Positions 1 to 13,307 of a stretch of 55,712 bases of DNA are shown here, in pieces (the first letter of the stretch is position 1; every line of letters begins with the position of its first letter). Position numbers and translations under genes: made by a program. The notes beneath the pieces were generated by a model. The model did not search any database, was not told the origin of the DNA, and was given only the letters and a program-made list of their open reading frames with translations. The stretch lies in assembly GCA_030167865.1 (NCBI GenBank), contig JALAGF010006362.1:1-55712 (forward strand), in the 5' to 3' direction. This DNA comes from Craspedostauros australis (lineage: Eukaryota).

Positions 1-1107
1 AAAGGGTATCACCGCTCGATGGAGGTCGGAGAATTTGGCATTGGTATCCTCAATTACCAAAACTGCGTCATGCAAGGACTTATGTATGGGTTGGAATTGA
101 AGTCGGTGCACAAGGCAAACGAGGAAGCGCTTGACCAGCTGGACACTTACAAACTCAGGGCCTACGAGGGACTGTCAGACAACTATCGCGTCATGTTCAG
201 GGTGATGTTGAAAGAAGATCCAATCGATTGGGACGAAATCGAAGCTTTATCCCGTCGCGATCCCACCGTTGAGAAGTTCGACCCTTCCAATGTACTCAAG
301 GACTGTACGATGTTCTACAGTCGAGGGTATTTGGCGCTCTTCCATCGGCGGTATGCAATGGCAGACCCTTTGTTCTCCAACTTCTGCATCCTCGCCACGG
401 GCAACCCATCAGCATTAACTGCTCTCGCTGACACTTACACCTTGGGCGTCATCAATGCGGAACGATACAGGGAGACAGGGAATCAGCAACACTTAACAAT
501 CTTGCGCAAGAAAACCAAGAAGCTGAAGAAGATGACCAAAGCCAGAGGACGAGCCTGGATCCATCTGGTGCTCATCCTCGAAGCCGAGGACCTCGCTGTC
601 ACCATGAAGAACAAACGGCACTCCAGGATCCAGCATGCCTACAACATCGCGATCCTCGCAGCAATCCGAGCCGGATGCATCCAGGATGCTGCCATGGTCA
701 ACGAGCTGGCAGGAGAGCACTACCTCCAGTGTGGTTCCAAGGACATGGTCGGTGACTACTTCGTGCACGCCGTCGACTACTACAAGGCGTGGGGTTGCAA
801 GATCAAGGTGGACGACGTCATGCAGCGCCGCAAAAAGTTCCTCAAGCATGTCAACGATCCGAACCGCAAACGTCCAGAGGGCCTCACCGACGACGGAAAA
901 GGCAACTACCTCTTTGGAATCACCCGCGACACCTTCACTGGAGCGATCACCACAAGGGGCGCAGGGTTGGAAGCCTTCATCGATGCGGAAGACGGCCCCG
1001 AGCAAGGTGCCGGGGTGCTCGTCTTCGGATCAGAGCTCGGAGATGGCGTGGAGGGATCTGTGGGCCTCGATGAGGATGAGCTCTCCGTCCTCACGGACAT
1101 TGCGTAG
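1..1107 (+). CDS. Partial (5' truncated) C-terminal helical/TPR-like region of a diatom AAA-ATPase/multi-sensor-kinase-like protein
   Basis: The frame is open from base 1 (KGYHRSMEVGE...). Motifs 'LILEAE', 'HAYNIAILAAIRAGCIQDAAMVNELAGEHY' and 'AVDYYKAWGCKIKV' resemble the helical region downstream of the AAA domain in cyanobacterial-type multi-sensor kinases and their diatom homologues. Confidence 0.65.
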   Translation, partial: KGYHRSMEVGEFGIGILNYQNCVMQGLMYGLELKSVHKANEEALDQLDTYKLRAYEGLSDNYRVMFRVMLKEDPIDWDEIEALSRRDPTVEKFDPSNVLKDCTMFYSRGYLALFHRRYAMADPLFSNFCILATGNPSALTALADTYTLGVINAERYRETGNQQHLTILRKKTKKLKKMTKARGRAWIHLVLILEAEDLAVTMKNKRHSRIQHAYNIAILAAIRAGCIQDAAMVNELAGEHYLQCGSKDMVGDYFVHAVDYYKAWGCKIKVDDVMQRRKKFLKHVNDPNRKRPEGLTDDGKGNYLFGITRDTFTGAITTRGAGLEAFIDAEDGPEQGAGVLVFGSELGDGVEGSVGLDEDELSVLTDIA

Positions 1108-3575
1108 GCCACGTGTGAACATTCGGTGGAGGTGATCTATCTTCCTTGCGCTTTTCGCAGATTGAGGAATCAGCACGCACAGCAGTAGGATGATGGTAAT
1201 GGTGATAGTATTAATAGAAGTAGCAGTAATCGCAACGACAGCAGTTGCAGCACGAGTAAAACAAACCATCGTGGTCGGACGCCGCCAAAGCCTGCCCTGC
1301 GGCTCCTTTTGTCGCCTTCGAACCATGCAACAAGCCTCTCTGCTGAGACAGGATGGAAGGCAATTCCTTTCGAACTTGGCCTTCCATCGGTGGATCGACG
1401 AGTGCTCGTAGCTCGTGTGAGCGGGGGACGTGAATGATGTCGAATGGTTGCGTGACAAGTTCTTGTGCCGTGCACGAGTATGTGCATAGCATAGCACTCC
1501 AAACAAAAGGCCTTCGAATGGTTTGAAAGGCTGATTTATGATTACTGGACTGTCGTCTTCTGATTCCTGTGTGGAGGTGAACGATGTCCTGCATGTATCG
1601 TGCGATAGCACGAGACGCCAGTTCTTGATCTTCGTACAGCGGTGGACGGAACAGGATGACCGATGACTCTGACGTTGCTGATATGCTGGTCGACGAAGGA
1701 TGGCGATGCTGAATGATGTTGAGTCATGCGAGAGGATCCAAAGCTTCAAAGAACATGACAGACGACACAGGATGGTGGAGCAGATGCGATTTTGGGCGCG
1801 GGGTTGATGTTGGCGCCATTTGACGATTGGTATCTTTCACCGACTGTCCAGCCACGGATACTGGACGACTCGAGTGACTCCCACATCGACGGACAATCAC
1901 AACGGTTGTTGGGAATCGGGGGTACGCTTTTACACATATAACCAATACTGTCGCACCTCCCAATGGTATCTTCATGACTCATTAGATTCGACTTTGTTGG
2001 TCACACTCGGACTACCTTGTAGCTTGTCCCTCCTCCACTCATCCATCTGTGTCTGGCACCAGGCACGGTCTCGTCCTGCGATAGAGTCTGTCCAGGAACC
2101 GTCATGGAAATGAGAGCGAACCTGGGGATTTGACCACTAGGGATGTATCAGCACATGAGTCAAGACTATGTGCGATACTATCAATAAATCCCAACCATGC
2201 CAACTCACCTCGATGAACAGAAACACTCCAGAGTCACCCCAAAGAGAGAAATGGGAGGAAGGAGAAATGGAGGCAATCCCTTAGTCACCCAAGAGCACGA
2301 ATGACGACATGGCATCAGACAAACATGATTGCTGAGACTGTGGTGGTGGCGCAGGAAGAATGCTGAGGAATCGAAGATCATGTGGGATTGATTGGCCTGA
2401 GACCCATGCTGAGGTACCCATATGGCTGCAAGAAGTACTTCTTGAATGTAGAAGAGGCATGTTGGCAAGCTCTGTGAATGGATACCTTGCGATCGTGGAA
2501 GATGGTGACGGTTGTTCCGATTCTGTTTGCTATTTCATTACGTAGATACTCCAATCCTCTTGGTGTCTCTCGTTGTCTTGCCCGATGCTCTTGGCACGCC
2601 TCTCATTGGTCCGTAGATTGGGTCTCCGACTATGAGTCGGTACGCAAGATGCTTTCTTGCTACTATTTGTATTCTCTCTCTCTCTCTCTCTCAACATCGC
2701 ATGTTCACATTACATGATACTCCATGTTGAATGTGTACTCCACATTCAACACTTTGTTCGTTCACTACTGACTCCTACTCTGTGAGTGCTTGCCACTTGA
2801 ACTCCACCTCGTGTATCCATGATCTCGATTCCCTTTGGTCATTGACTCTTCACCTTCGGCTTCTGACATGGAGACAGATGTCGATGTGGTGACACGATGA
2901 CATCCTGTCTACATCAGCTGTCATCTTCCTGTTACTCCAGATGTCATGTTCCATTGATGATGCGATGGTCTGTCAGATGATATCGTCATCTGGGGTTGAG
3001 TTGGGAGGTACATCGAGCTTCGCTCGATACCATACATTTCCAGTGATGGATGGACGGACGATATGCCTGATCCTCTCAGAAATCGTTGACTGCAAATTTC
3101 CTCCAGAAATTATGCTCATTTTCATGTGTTCCATTTCCACTGTAATTCTGACGAATCACAGCATACTATCGACACGAATATAGTTTTACCGTCCAAGGGC
3201 GTATGAGAGAATAACGGGTGAACGATGCACATATACACGTACATCTCGACATATACACGCATGTACATCTCGTCAATTTCCAACATCTACTATCTCCACT
3301 ACTCGATATTCATGTGCGACGAGTACAGACAAAGTAGAACGCCTCTATACCCGTGCGTAGCAAATGCGATGGATCCGGATGCAACATCAACATCAACATC
3401 AACATCAACGAGTAGAGTGAGTCAACGAATGTTCGAGTCTCTCTTCAGGAATGGAGGCAAGCTGACGCAAGGTAAAGCATGGACGCTGTGAATGTTAATA
3501 ACATTTGTACGATTACGGGATGCATAATTGTACTTGTGGGTTAGTGAAGCGTTCGCGTTATGGCTGTATGACTCC

Positions 3576-5072
3576 TTAGGGCGTGCCCTGCAGGTCGCCT
3601 GTCGTCCCCTCACACATTTCAAAATCGAAGCCAATAGCTTGGAGCTTTCGGACCCTGTCAGCTGTCATGGTGGACGAGTTGATCCCGTTGGCGAAAAGCT
3701 GGTACTGTCGTCTCTGCCGCTTCACCCAAACGGAGAGCTGGGGGTTCTGAGGATATTTGCTGGGGACGTTGCTGTGCCCGTGTCGCGTTTGGAATGCCCG
3801 CAGTTCGGCGAGCTTCTCGTCCCACGCTTTTTCGTGGTAATCCCAGTTGAAATCCAACGATTCGAGAGCGCCGTGTCGCTCTGGGGTGAGAGTTGAGTTC
3901 TTGCCCATCTTCCGAAGTCGATACTGGTATCGCTGTCGTTTCACCCACTGCGCCAGGGGCTGATTTTCGGCCCAGGAGTAGGGGACATCGCAATGCTTGA
4001 AGCGACGTTTGAAGTCGATGAGCTCCGCGAAGCGTCTGTTCCACAGATCTGCCTGATAGCTGCGAAACCTGGTATGCCCTGGTACGCTGGATGCCTGGGC
4101 GACGGTCATCTTCTGTCGCACGGGAGTGCTTGGTGTTCCGACCTTGGCCTCATTAACGGCAACAAACGGCAGTGAGCCGACAGGCTGCTGTTGCTGTTTC
4201 TGTTGTTGCGGCAGCTGCAAACCCAAGGACCGTGAAGAAAAGTCTTGGTTGTGTTGTGAAGGCAACAAGTCTGGCTGCAGCGATCCCAGAGTCTCAGAGA
4301 GCTGTTGCAACTGTGATCCTTGCCGGCGCTGCTGTTGCTGTCGTTGCTGGTGTCGTGGGCTCGGGGCCATCCCCTGCTGCGTGTCCGATAGCAAGGACTG
4401 GGATTGCCGGAACGGGTACTGATCCATGCTCTGTTGCCGCGGCTGGAACGGATCAACGCAGCCGCCGCCGGCGGCGAATGGGTCGGGCTGCAACTGCAGC
4501 TGTTGCTGAGCCACGTATGGCCCAGCAAGGAGCTGTCCATCTTGCTGTTGCGCGAGCAATGGCTGGAGCAACGAGAACATGTCAGTGTCGTTCTTGTACT
4601 CCAGGTGGTTGACATTCGTCAACTTCATGTTGTTCACCACAGCAATGCACGAACTATCAATCGGATTGGGGTTGACATGTGCCACCGCTGTCGTTCTTGC
4701 TGTTGTAGCTGTCTCTGTCGACATTGACGATGTCGTCGTCGGTGGCATAATTGCAGATGTCATGTTGGTTGTAGCTGTAGTTGTTGCTGCAGTTGCTGCG
4801 GCCGCTGCCGTCGTGGCAAGACTCCGCGCGATGTCGGCGAGAGGGTCGAACGGGATGTTGTTGAAATCGGAGTTGCTGGAAATGATGTCCGCTATGGCCC
4901 TCGGAGGATCAGCTGTCGGATCTACGATGCCTCTGTTTTGGCGGATGACCTGGAAGAGACGGTCGTCGAGGTTGGCATCGAGCATCGCATCGGCTGGTCC
5001 CTGGACTGGTAGCTGTTGTCGACGCTGCTCGTGGTCATCATGATGTCGCGGTTGCATTCTGAGCGCTAGCAT
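3576..5072 (-). CDS. Helicase-associated (HA) domain protein with two HA repeats and a Q-rich N-terminus; putative DNA-binding regulator
   Basis: Tandem 'LWNRRFAELIDFKRRFKHCDVP...LAQWVKRQRYQY...LESLDFNW' and 'AWDEKLAELRAFQTRHGHSNVP...LSVWVKRQRRQY...LQAIGFDF'. First in-frame ATG at 5072 (MLALRMQP); the ORF is open to 5306. Confidence 0.88.
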   Translation of the reverse strand: MLALRMQPRHHDDHEQRRQQLPVQGPADAMLDANLDDRLFQVIRQNRGIVDPTADPPRAIADIISSNSDFNNIPFDPLADIARSLATTAAAAATAATTTATTNMTSAIMPPTTTSSMSTETATTARTTAVAHVNPNPIDSSCIAVVNNMKLTNVNHLEYKNDTDMFSLLQPLLAQQQDGQLLAGPYVAQQQLQLQPDPFAAGGGCVDPFQPRQQSMDQYPFRQSQSLLSDTQQGMAPSPRHQQRQQQQRRQGSQLQQLSETLGSLQPDLLPSQHNQDFSSRSLGLQLPQQQKQQQQPVGSLPFVAVNEAKVGTPSTPVRQKMTVAQASSVPGHTRFRSYQADLWNRRFAELIDFKRRFKHCDVPYSWAENQPLAQWVKRQRYQYRLRKMGKNSTLTPERHGALESLDFNWDYHEKAWDEKLAELRAFQTRHGHSNVPSKYPQNPQLSVWVKRQRRQYQLFANGINSSTMTADRVRKLQAIGFDFEMCEGTTGDLQGTP

Positions 5073-8064
5073 CTGCACCCGTTCTTGCTTTGCCTTGGGT
5101 GTTCCTGTTGGTTCCGCTTTTGGTCTCGCTGTTGGTGGTGATGGGATTGTATGGTGTGGGATAACAGAGTACTTGGAGTACTCGTCGAGTATATCGGCAC
5201 GAAACGCAATGAGATGCAACGAATTGAGGTTCGAATGAGACACAAAGAACGGATACTGACTGTTTGTTTGGAGGATGGCTTCTGGCGGTGCTGTTTTTGC
5301 GGTCACGCTGGGTGATGGCGTTGGTTGGCGCTGTTGGTTGGCGCTGTGGTTGGTGTTATCAGTTCAACGAATGTTGTTGTTGCCTTCCTTTCCACGGGCT
5401 GATGGAGTATCGCTTCACTTTCTTGTGTCGTTCTGTCGAAATCTATGGTTGGTTTGTCACGTTGTCTTGTTCTCTTGGAATGCCAGCGTCAGCAGACTGA
5501 CGGGCTTGATGCCTGGCTGGGATGGGAGGGATGGGACGAGGTACTGTATTATGACGATGGTGTTGTGCGTGGTGGTGTGGTAGGAATGGGTGACGATGGT
5601 TGTAATCAATATCAAGGATAAACTTGGGGGATCGAGGATCAGCTCAGAGCACAGATGTGCGAGTTGTGACAGAGAGTTGTTACACTTCGGGACGGGTGGT
5701 GCAAGTATCGTTGAGGAAACCCAGTGCCGTGCTGTTGCTCCGCGTTCATCGGCCTACGGTTGGACCTGTGGCATTCTCCATCGCCCGCGTCAATCCACGC
5801 GAGCGACTTCGCGGTCGATTCTCCACGATGGCTATGATGAGCTTCGTACCATACTCATGCGCGGAGGTACACGTAGCTCGAAGGGTTTGTTTGGTGCTCT
5901 TGTGCTCCAAACCCACCTCAACATGACAGATGGCGCGAGAAGCGCAAGAGATGCACATTCCCTCCTTGGGTGCCAGCACAGAGGTGCGAGAGTCATCGGG
6001 GGCCGGGCCATCCTTCCGCCTTCCGAAAGCCGCGTACTAGTATTCGATGATACAGCGTTCGTCGTGCTTCACCTCCACGATGTCTTGTCGCAGTCGCCGG
6101 AATGGGCGAACAGAGGGAGTTGGTGTTGGCGGCAATCCATGCAAGCAAACGCGTGGAGTGATGACGCATCGGTTGCTGCCCAGAATCAACAAAGTCGGTA
6201 TCACTGCACCTTTGGGGGTATTTTTTTGCTCTTTTGTTGACATCATGTGAGGCAACGATCGTTCGCCACGGACAAAGGCGAACCAACACAACCTCCAAAG
6301 TGTAGTGCCCAAACGCGACCTTTTCATGAACAATTGCAACTTTCGACACGCTTATGCCTGCTCTCAGTGGTAAAAATGTTCGCGCCTCCGTCCACCCACG
6401 CGAACACATTGTAATCATTTAAGCACATCGAGACTGTATGACCCGTTGATGAAGTTGCAACAACATTTATTTACGCATTGTTGAACATGACTTAACCAAG
6501 GGATCAGTAAAGGAACAACGTAGCACTGATTCAGACACGGTTTCACGCCATTTCATGTGTTTTGACTTCTGTTCTGGTGCCTCTCGGACTAGGAAAGGAA
6601 CAAAACAGTTTGCCCAAGCAGGCAGCGGCAATGCCGCCACTCAGAACGCTGACGCATATTCCAGCGCAACAGGTCTGTAGACTATTAATTGCTGATTGTG
6701 TTAACTGCGGTTCTGACGGCAAAACGACCCCCCTCATCATAAATACCAGTATTGTCGTCAAGTATCGCAGAGCATTCTGTGGCATGAGCATCTCTTCGCT
6801 GCACCTTGGAGGCTCCGTGTCCATCAAACGGCAACGCCCCTGGCGCAACATTTGCGCAAACAGATGATCAGAATCTCGTAAGAATTCGTTTGTACTGCAC
6901 CAGTGGTCGCACGTGGTGTTGTTGGCAAGCAGCGAACGAACTGATACTTGATGTTGAGCATGTTTCTGTGCGATGCTAACAATACACTCACACCTGTACA
7001 ATACGATTACGCACGAGTGCTCCTGTTCTGAGAGGACAAGAGCATGAGCGGGCGCTGTATGGAAACGAGGAGTGAAGCGAGCATGGCTGGACTTGCCGAC
7101 AACGACACAACTAAGACAACTGCCCGGAGACACCGAGGAACTCGAGGAGGTGAAGTGCAAGGTTGTGTTCCATCTGTCTCGTATGGTCTTCTCCCGTTCT
7201 CTCTCTCTCTCTTCTCTCGTCAAACTGGCCGTTCGTGTGTGGAGTAGTCTGCCCTTGTTCGGTGGCGAGCATGTCGGCAGTACCAGTCTGGCGAATAACG
7301 CACATCAATCCTGGTGTGTCTGGAGAATGCGATGTGGCCCCACCTCGAACGATAGATGGCACTTATTGTGATTCGATTACCGCTGCGCAGAACGCACCTG
7401 TGGAGATGGGCGAGGACTGCGAGACACTAAATCTACCCTTCGTTGGTTATCACTGCCACAGAATGTTACTATTCTACTCTCCCTTCAAGCCTTCTACAGC
7501 CCAGGGCATATCCATATATGTAGCTTGTTGTTTATGGACACGACTCGTCTCAAGTAGGCCAGACATGGCAATGCCAGTGTTTGGAAGTAGAAGTCAGCAT
7601 CTATCCTTGAGGACCATGGAGCATGTCTGGATGCGTATCAACATCCGACCAGCTTGGGAGCTGTCTTCCCAAGAGGATTGGACAAAGCGCCTGTGAGCAG
7701 AGTACTGATAGTCACCCAGCACGGCAGAGCACGGCAGAATCCAGGTGAATAGAGTCGAGCAACCACGATGAGAACAACGCCTGCCCTTTCTTCTCGCTGA
7801 CTCTCTCGCTCCATATCTCTGGAACGTTCGCGCACGAGCATAGAGAGTCAGAGTACAATAAAATAGGTCGTAGAGCAGCATTGCAACCTATTATAGAATA
7901 TGACTAATAATGCGCCGCAGAGGTTGACTTCCGGGCTGTTTCCTCGCAAGAATGTGAGCGGAGGACGGGTTTCATGCGCCAGCAACAAATAAGAGTAAGA
8001 TTGTCGAAAGCGTGGTAAGACAAGTTGCGAAGAAGACCAGAGACACGGTTCAGCTCGCGCTTGC

Positions 8065-8088
8065 CACGCTCACGCTCACGCTCACGCT
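8065..8088. repeat. (CACGCT)4 microsatellite
   Basis: cacgct x4 read directly from the sequence. Confidence 0.9.
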
Positions 8089-9796
8089 GATACTTGCGCC
8101 ATATTGTACGCGCAGCATGGGTAACGAATAGGCAATTTTAACCTCAGAAAGTAGAAGAGGAGTTGTGGATCGTATCCGTCCTGTCATCGACGTCACGCAC
8201 TTGCACTGGCCTCCAACTCGTCGAGTACGATCAAGAGCAGTGCCTTCAAAACTGTCGGATGGACGGGATGGTCAAACCGAGGGGAGGGGTGTCTGCACTT
8301 GCGCGCGATTACGAGCGCACGAAGGAGCAACACAAGGAGACGATCTCAGTTTGTTCCACTCACATCAATCATTTGTGCCCACTTTGGGATGGCGATGTCA
8401 AGTGGTACCATTCGCCCAAGCACCACACGATGACGCGTCCGAGTATCACCACCTGTACCTGGGCAGACGAAAGATAGAGGAGATGACCCTCAAGGGTGTG
8501 TTAAGCACCCTGTGGACGCACATGAACGCGCAATTAGTATATTCCAAAGCAAGTGCACATTTTCTTCTTTTTCGTTTGGAGAACAAGGAATGGGCCTGTT
8601 GCGTTTTACTTTCTTTTTATCTCTGGGAACCGGGGATTGCGCATTGGGGAACACCACGATCTACTATTTTACGTATGGGGTAGACACATGAACGTTGTGT
8701 GCTCCGCTTCGTGGTGAAGGAAGAGCAATGCCGTTGCTGCATCTGCGAATAGCGGAGTTGCGTTCTGGACACCACTTCTCTAAAACTGGAAGGGCCGAAT
8801 TGTCTCTGGCGAAGAGTTTGCGCCACCCCAACTCCGGTCGGGAGCTGGCCTTGGGCCTCTCACAAGATTCGAAGATCGCGAATCAGTAGCCGCACTGGTA
8901 AGAACGAAGATTGGATAATGCGCGAGCTTAAAATATAACAGATACTCACAATAGATGCGATGCCATGCATCGTTGCAAATGGCTATCTCGCGACGACCGC
9001 GCGTCAGTATTGCTTTACTCTTTCCAGCGAGAGAGAGAGAGAGAGACGGAGAGTAGAGTGCTCCACACTCTCTTCATGCCTAAGATTGCTCTCACCCGTA
9101 CGGTACCAGTGCATGCTCTATCTTGCGGAGGCCTCCACTGCCGAACCCCATACAACTAACAATATTCGTATTCGTACGTTGAGCAGAACTCGTCCGCTGT
9201 GATGGTTCGGAGCGAGAGCGAGGGATAAACCCGACACAGCGGACGCAGACGGAAAGATCCATGACGACACTGAGGCCGTTGTGTGCGCCATGGCAGTGCC
9301 CATGCATTGATTGAGCGAAGGAATGCAACAGATGTGCGTACGAATGGTAGCTGCAGGAGGAGTCGCGGGATACAGCACCGGCAGGTCGTAAGCCACGACT
9401 ACGATCTATAATACACAGCCGTTGTGACTTCAAGTTCACAGCGAGCTACTCCCTGACGCATGCTGCTCCCATGTTTTCATCCATCAGAAGGCATGGATCA
9501 ATGTTTGGATACGAACATCGGACAATACTTGTGTCGCAGATCACCCACTTCCAGGACAAGTCGCACTTGCTTTTGTGTACGAGTAGTAGATTGTGTTCGT
9601 CGTAAGAACGTTGCAAGAGTCACGTGTTCAGAAGTGTGAAGCGATGAGCGGTTTATGTGCAAGAAGGAGGCTGCATCGATCCATACATCTACTCTATCTG
9701 TTTGGACAGACGTCGAGTAGCGCCCAGAGACTGATACTGGTATCATGACTCGCACTTGAACCAGTGAACGGATAGATACCGAAAGCCCAGTCAAGC

Positions 9797-10276
9797 TCAC
9801 ATGGATCCGCTCCTCTTGCGTCTTTCTTCCTCTGCCTCCAAGGCACGCGTTCGCTTCAACTCCATCTCCTCCTTCATGGCGCGGGCGATCTCAATCTTGA
9901 TCTGATCGGATCGTCCCATGCCGTTGTAATTCCCATCCACACGACCGGATGGGTTGGACTTGCGCTTGCCGTACCACTGCTCTCCGGCGCCCATGCGCTT
10001 GAAGAAGAAATCATCCATCACGTCGTCGAAGTCGTTCATCATATTCTTGACGTTCGAGAAGAATCCACCTTCCTTGTCACCTGGCTTTGCCTGCAGTTGT
10101 GCAACGCCGTTCCGCTGCGCGTTCTGATTGAATGCTTTGCACATTGTTGCTGTCGTTGTCGTTGTTGCTGCCGGAAGTGGTGCGAATGCGGATGCGACGT
10201 TCGCATCGCACAGCATCATGGTGGCAACCACCAATGACAGCAGCGTGCGGATCGTCATCTTTGTCAGCCCACTCAT
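9797..10276 (-). CDS. Small plastid-targeted protein of unknown function
   Basis: Hydrophobic signal peptide ending in the textbook 'VASAFAP' motif, a T-rich transit peptide, then a conserved-looking core 'DFDDVMDDFFFKRMGAGEQWYGKRKSNPSG'. ATG at 10276. Confidence 0.82.
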   Translation of the reverse strand: MSGLTKMTIRTLLSLVVATMMLCDANVASAFAPLPAATTTTTATMCKAFNQNAQRNGVAQLQAKPGDKEGGFFSNVKNMMNDFDDVMDDFFFKRMGAGEQWYGKRKSNPSGRVDGNYNGMGRSDQIKIEIARAMKEEMELKRTRALEAEEERRKRSGSM

Positions 10277-10356
10277 GTTTACAGTCAAAGGATCCCTTCT
10301 CTTCGTGTCTTTCCTGATGTCTTCTTGAAATTGCTCAAGAATGTGGTTGGAAAGCT

Positions 10357-10395
10357 TGTTTGTCTCCTGTTTGTCTCCTGTTTGTCTCCTGTTTG
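10357..10395. repeat. 11-bp tandem repeat (TGTTTGTCTCC)3 upstream of the small plastid gene
   Basis: Three exact copies plus a partial copy. Confidence 0.85.
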
Positions 10396-11078
10396 ACTAC
10401 TGTCTGACTGACTACTGCTTGACTGTTGTGGAGGTAAACACGATGTTCCCAATGTGAATGCAGATGTGCATGTGTTGCGATATGATATGATACGTTGCGA
10501 TATGATACGTTACGTTACGTTACGTTGCGTTGATCGTTTGTTTGTTGGCAACACGCGCCGTTGAGTCATTGTATCCATCATCGTCATTGTCGTCGTCGCT
10601 CCCAACATCGCCATTGTCGCTGCGTTTGTTCTGCGAATGATGACGCTGTCGCCGGAGAGCTCGGTGTTGGTGACGCACACATTCGAAGGACGCGTGAACG
10701 ACACGTGACTTGGCACGATTTTCATTCTTCGCGTGTTGAGTCACGTTAATACGGGAAACAAGAAGCACGTATTAAAATTATTTATCATGAATTGGTTACT
10801 GCACTTATGTATCAGGAAGAACGAAACAACAACCACCATCAACCGTCAGCCATCAACGCACAACCAACAATTTCCGCAGAACAATTCGAAGAGCCAACCC
10901 ATCACCATCAGCACCAACCCATCAGCTAAGATCCCAGGAACTCTGGGCTACTCCCCTGATTCAGCAACGTACCTACAATACACAAGAGTGAGCCACCCGA
11001 CCCTAATCCGTATTATTATACTACAGTGCACAATCAGGATCACGCAACCTTCGGTCGAAGCGAGGTCGGCAACTAACA

Positions 11079-12822
11079 ATGAAGACGACGTCCACGTTGA
11101 TCGTGCTTGTTGTGGTCGCCCAGCACGGCGGCAATGGCGCATCTGCCTTCACGCCATCCACGTTATCGTCCACGCCATCGTCTTTGTCAGTGAACAAGAG
11201 GGATCTGTCCGGTGGCAGGATATCGCACATAGGGCAACGCTCACAGCTGGATGAATTCGATGAACGAACACGGAGGCATGCCCAAGGAAGGATTCGGCCG
11301 TGCACCCAGCTGCAGGCTTGGAGGGGCACGTCAGCAATTGAACATGATATTGGGCAATCGCGGTCGATACGCCGTCGGTTTGGCCATGCCATCCCCTCTC
11401 ATGGATCCAGATCAAGAATTCCGAGATCTGCGTCAGCGCTGTCTGGCTGGGTGCAGCAGGATGATGGAGAATGGGAATGGGAGGAGGACGATCCCTCCTT
11501 CTCCAACATTCCGGTTACGTCCACCATCAACACGGGAACAAACATTGACACCACCTCCATCGCCACACCGAAGCTGCCGTCCGGCAAGCTCAAGCCCAAG
11601 CAATCGCTGGGACAGAACTACCTGCGCGATCCCAACACGGTGGCCAAGATGATCCGCGCCTTCCACAAGGACGCCACGCGCAACGAGAAGACCTACGACA
11701 CCATCGTCGAACTGGGACCCGGTGCCGGCGCCTTGACCGATCGTCTCTACGAGAATTACGGACCCGACAAGCTGCAGTGCATCGAGATCGACCAGCGCGC
11801 CGTCGAGTTGCTGGGTGAGAAGTACCCCGACCTCGTCGTTCACCATCAGGATGTCCTGCAGGTGGATTACCCGCAGATGGCCGAGGATATCGGCCAGCCG
11901 CTCATCGTTATTGGCAATCTTCCCTACTACATCACCAGCCAGATTCTCTTCGCGTTGGCCGATGCCAGCCATTTCGGCGCCGTCGATTGTGCCACCGTCA
12001 CCATGCAATGGGAGGTCGGTCAGCGGATGGTGGCACCCACGTGCTGCAAGGTAGGTTTCGTCGTTTGTTCTGTGCTCGTCGGCCAGCATGTCATTTGGGT
12101 ACTTCATGTGTCTGCACTGTGGGGGGTTTGTTGTTGAGTACGAAAAGAAGATGGAGCAGTACATGCTGTCACATTGGCCAACTCATTGCAAAACCGCGAG
12201 CATCACTAATCTCGCCTTCCATTTGCATTCCGCTTTGGTCTATTTTACCGGTATTCTGTGGTTCAATCGTTACGAAACGAATGTCCCACCCAACAACTCA
12301 TTGGTACTCCACAATCTATTCTGCGCCAAACAGGACTATGGCATCTTGAGCGTTGTTTTCCAAACCTACGCGGAGGTGAACTGCCACTTCAAAATCCCAC
12401 CGACGGTCTTCTACCCGCAACCCAAGGTCGATAGCGCTTTTCTGGGCCTCCACTTCCTGGGACCATCCAAGCTGCGTCAACGTCTTGCGGGCGTCGATCC
12501 CATGGATCTGCGACGCGTCGTCACGACGGCATTCCGCCAGAGGCGCAAGACAGTGAGAAACACCCTCAAGAAGCTGGCCGGATTGGAGGATGTGACGCTG
12601 CTCGATGCGGAACCGTTGCCATTGCCGGATAGCGTTATCGCAGCCCGCGACGCCGGAGATGAATTTGCCCTGTCGCAGGAGCTGCCGACGAATTGGGCCA
12701 AGAAACGGCCCGAAGAACTGACGCCCGGACAGTTCGTTGAACTGACACGGTTGTTGCTGGGTGCGAGAGGCACAGATGATCTTGGGCGCAAGGTGTGGAG
12801 GAAGTTGAAGCATGGAACGTAG
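11079..12822 (+). CDS. rsmA: Plastid-targeted 16S rRNA adenine dimethyltransferase (RsmA/KsgA); exons 11079..12050 and 12334..12822
   Basis: 'KPKQSLGQNYL', 'VELGPGAGALT', 'IEID', 'VIGNLPYYITS', 'TMQWEVGQRM', 'YGILSV', 'VFYPQPKVDSA', 'AFRQRRKTVRN', 'RPEEL'. Phase-0 intron AAG|GTAGGT (12051) to AAACAG| (12333). Presequence contains 'GASAFTP'. Confidence 0.93.
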
Positions 12823-13307
12823 AGAGTGAGAGAGTGTCTGTTCTAAAATCAGAATCTGAAAACATCTGCAACACTTACAACATTACTCCACCATTGTATG
12901 ATGTCTTTCTATTGGAACGTGCTCCAGAATGTGCAAATATGTATTATGTTATGTTATGTTGTGTTATATTGCACGTGTGCAACGACGAGTGTTGCACTGA
13001 TGGCCGCTGACTATCAAGGATCGTACTTGCACAACGATGCGGACGAGCTTGTGAAATCTACTATGTGAGATTGGATGGATGTGTGCATACTCGTACGTCT
13101 TCCAGACCCGCTGCCGGAAAGATCTCGAAAGATACCATCACGACACCCACAAGAGGACAACCCATCAAAAACGCACACCTTGCAGGCACCCCAGTATTCC
13201 TGACAGATCTGAGAGACAAGACACAACATACAGTAAGACACCGATGCGATAACTATAATTCATTGAAGAGAGCACGTCACGCATAGTAGTACGACTACAA
13301 TCATATT

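Noticed and set aside
5225..5245. GGTTCGAAT, tRNA T-loop-like (similar near 37880, 38123 and 54284)
   Set aside because: No T-stem pairing or cloverleaf could be built.
5470..5510. AATGCCAGCGT, resembling part of a TPP riboswitch
   Set aside because: No upstream CTGAGA or ACCTGA elements and no thiamine gene nearby.
5590..7696. Several 170-230 aa ORFs
   Set aside because: Mutually overlapping, running through microsatellites, with no domains; expected by chance at this GC content.
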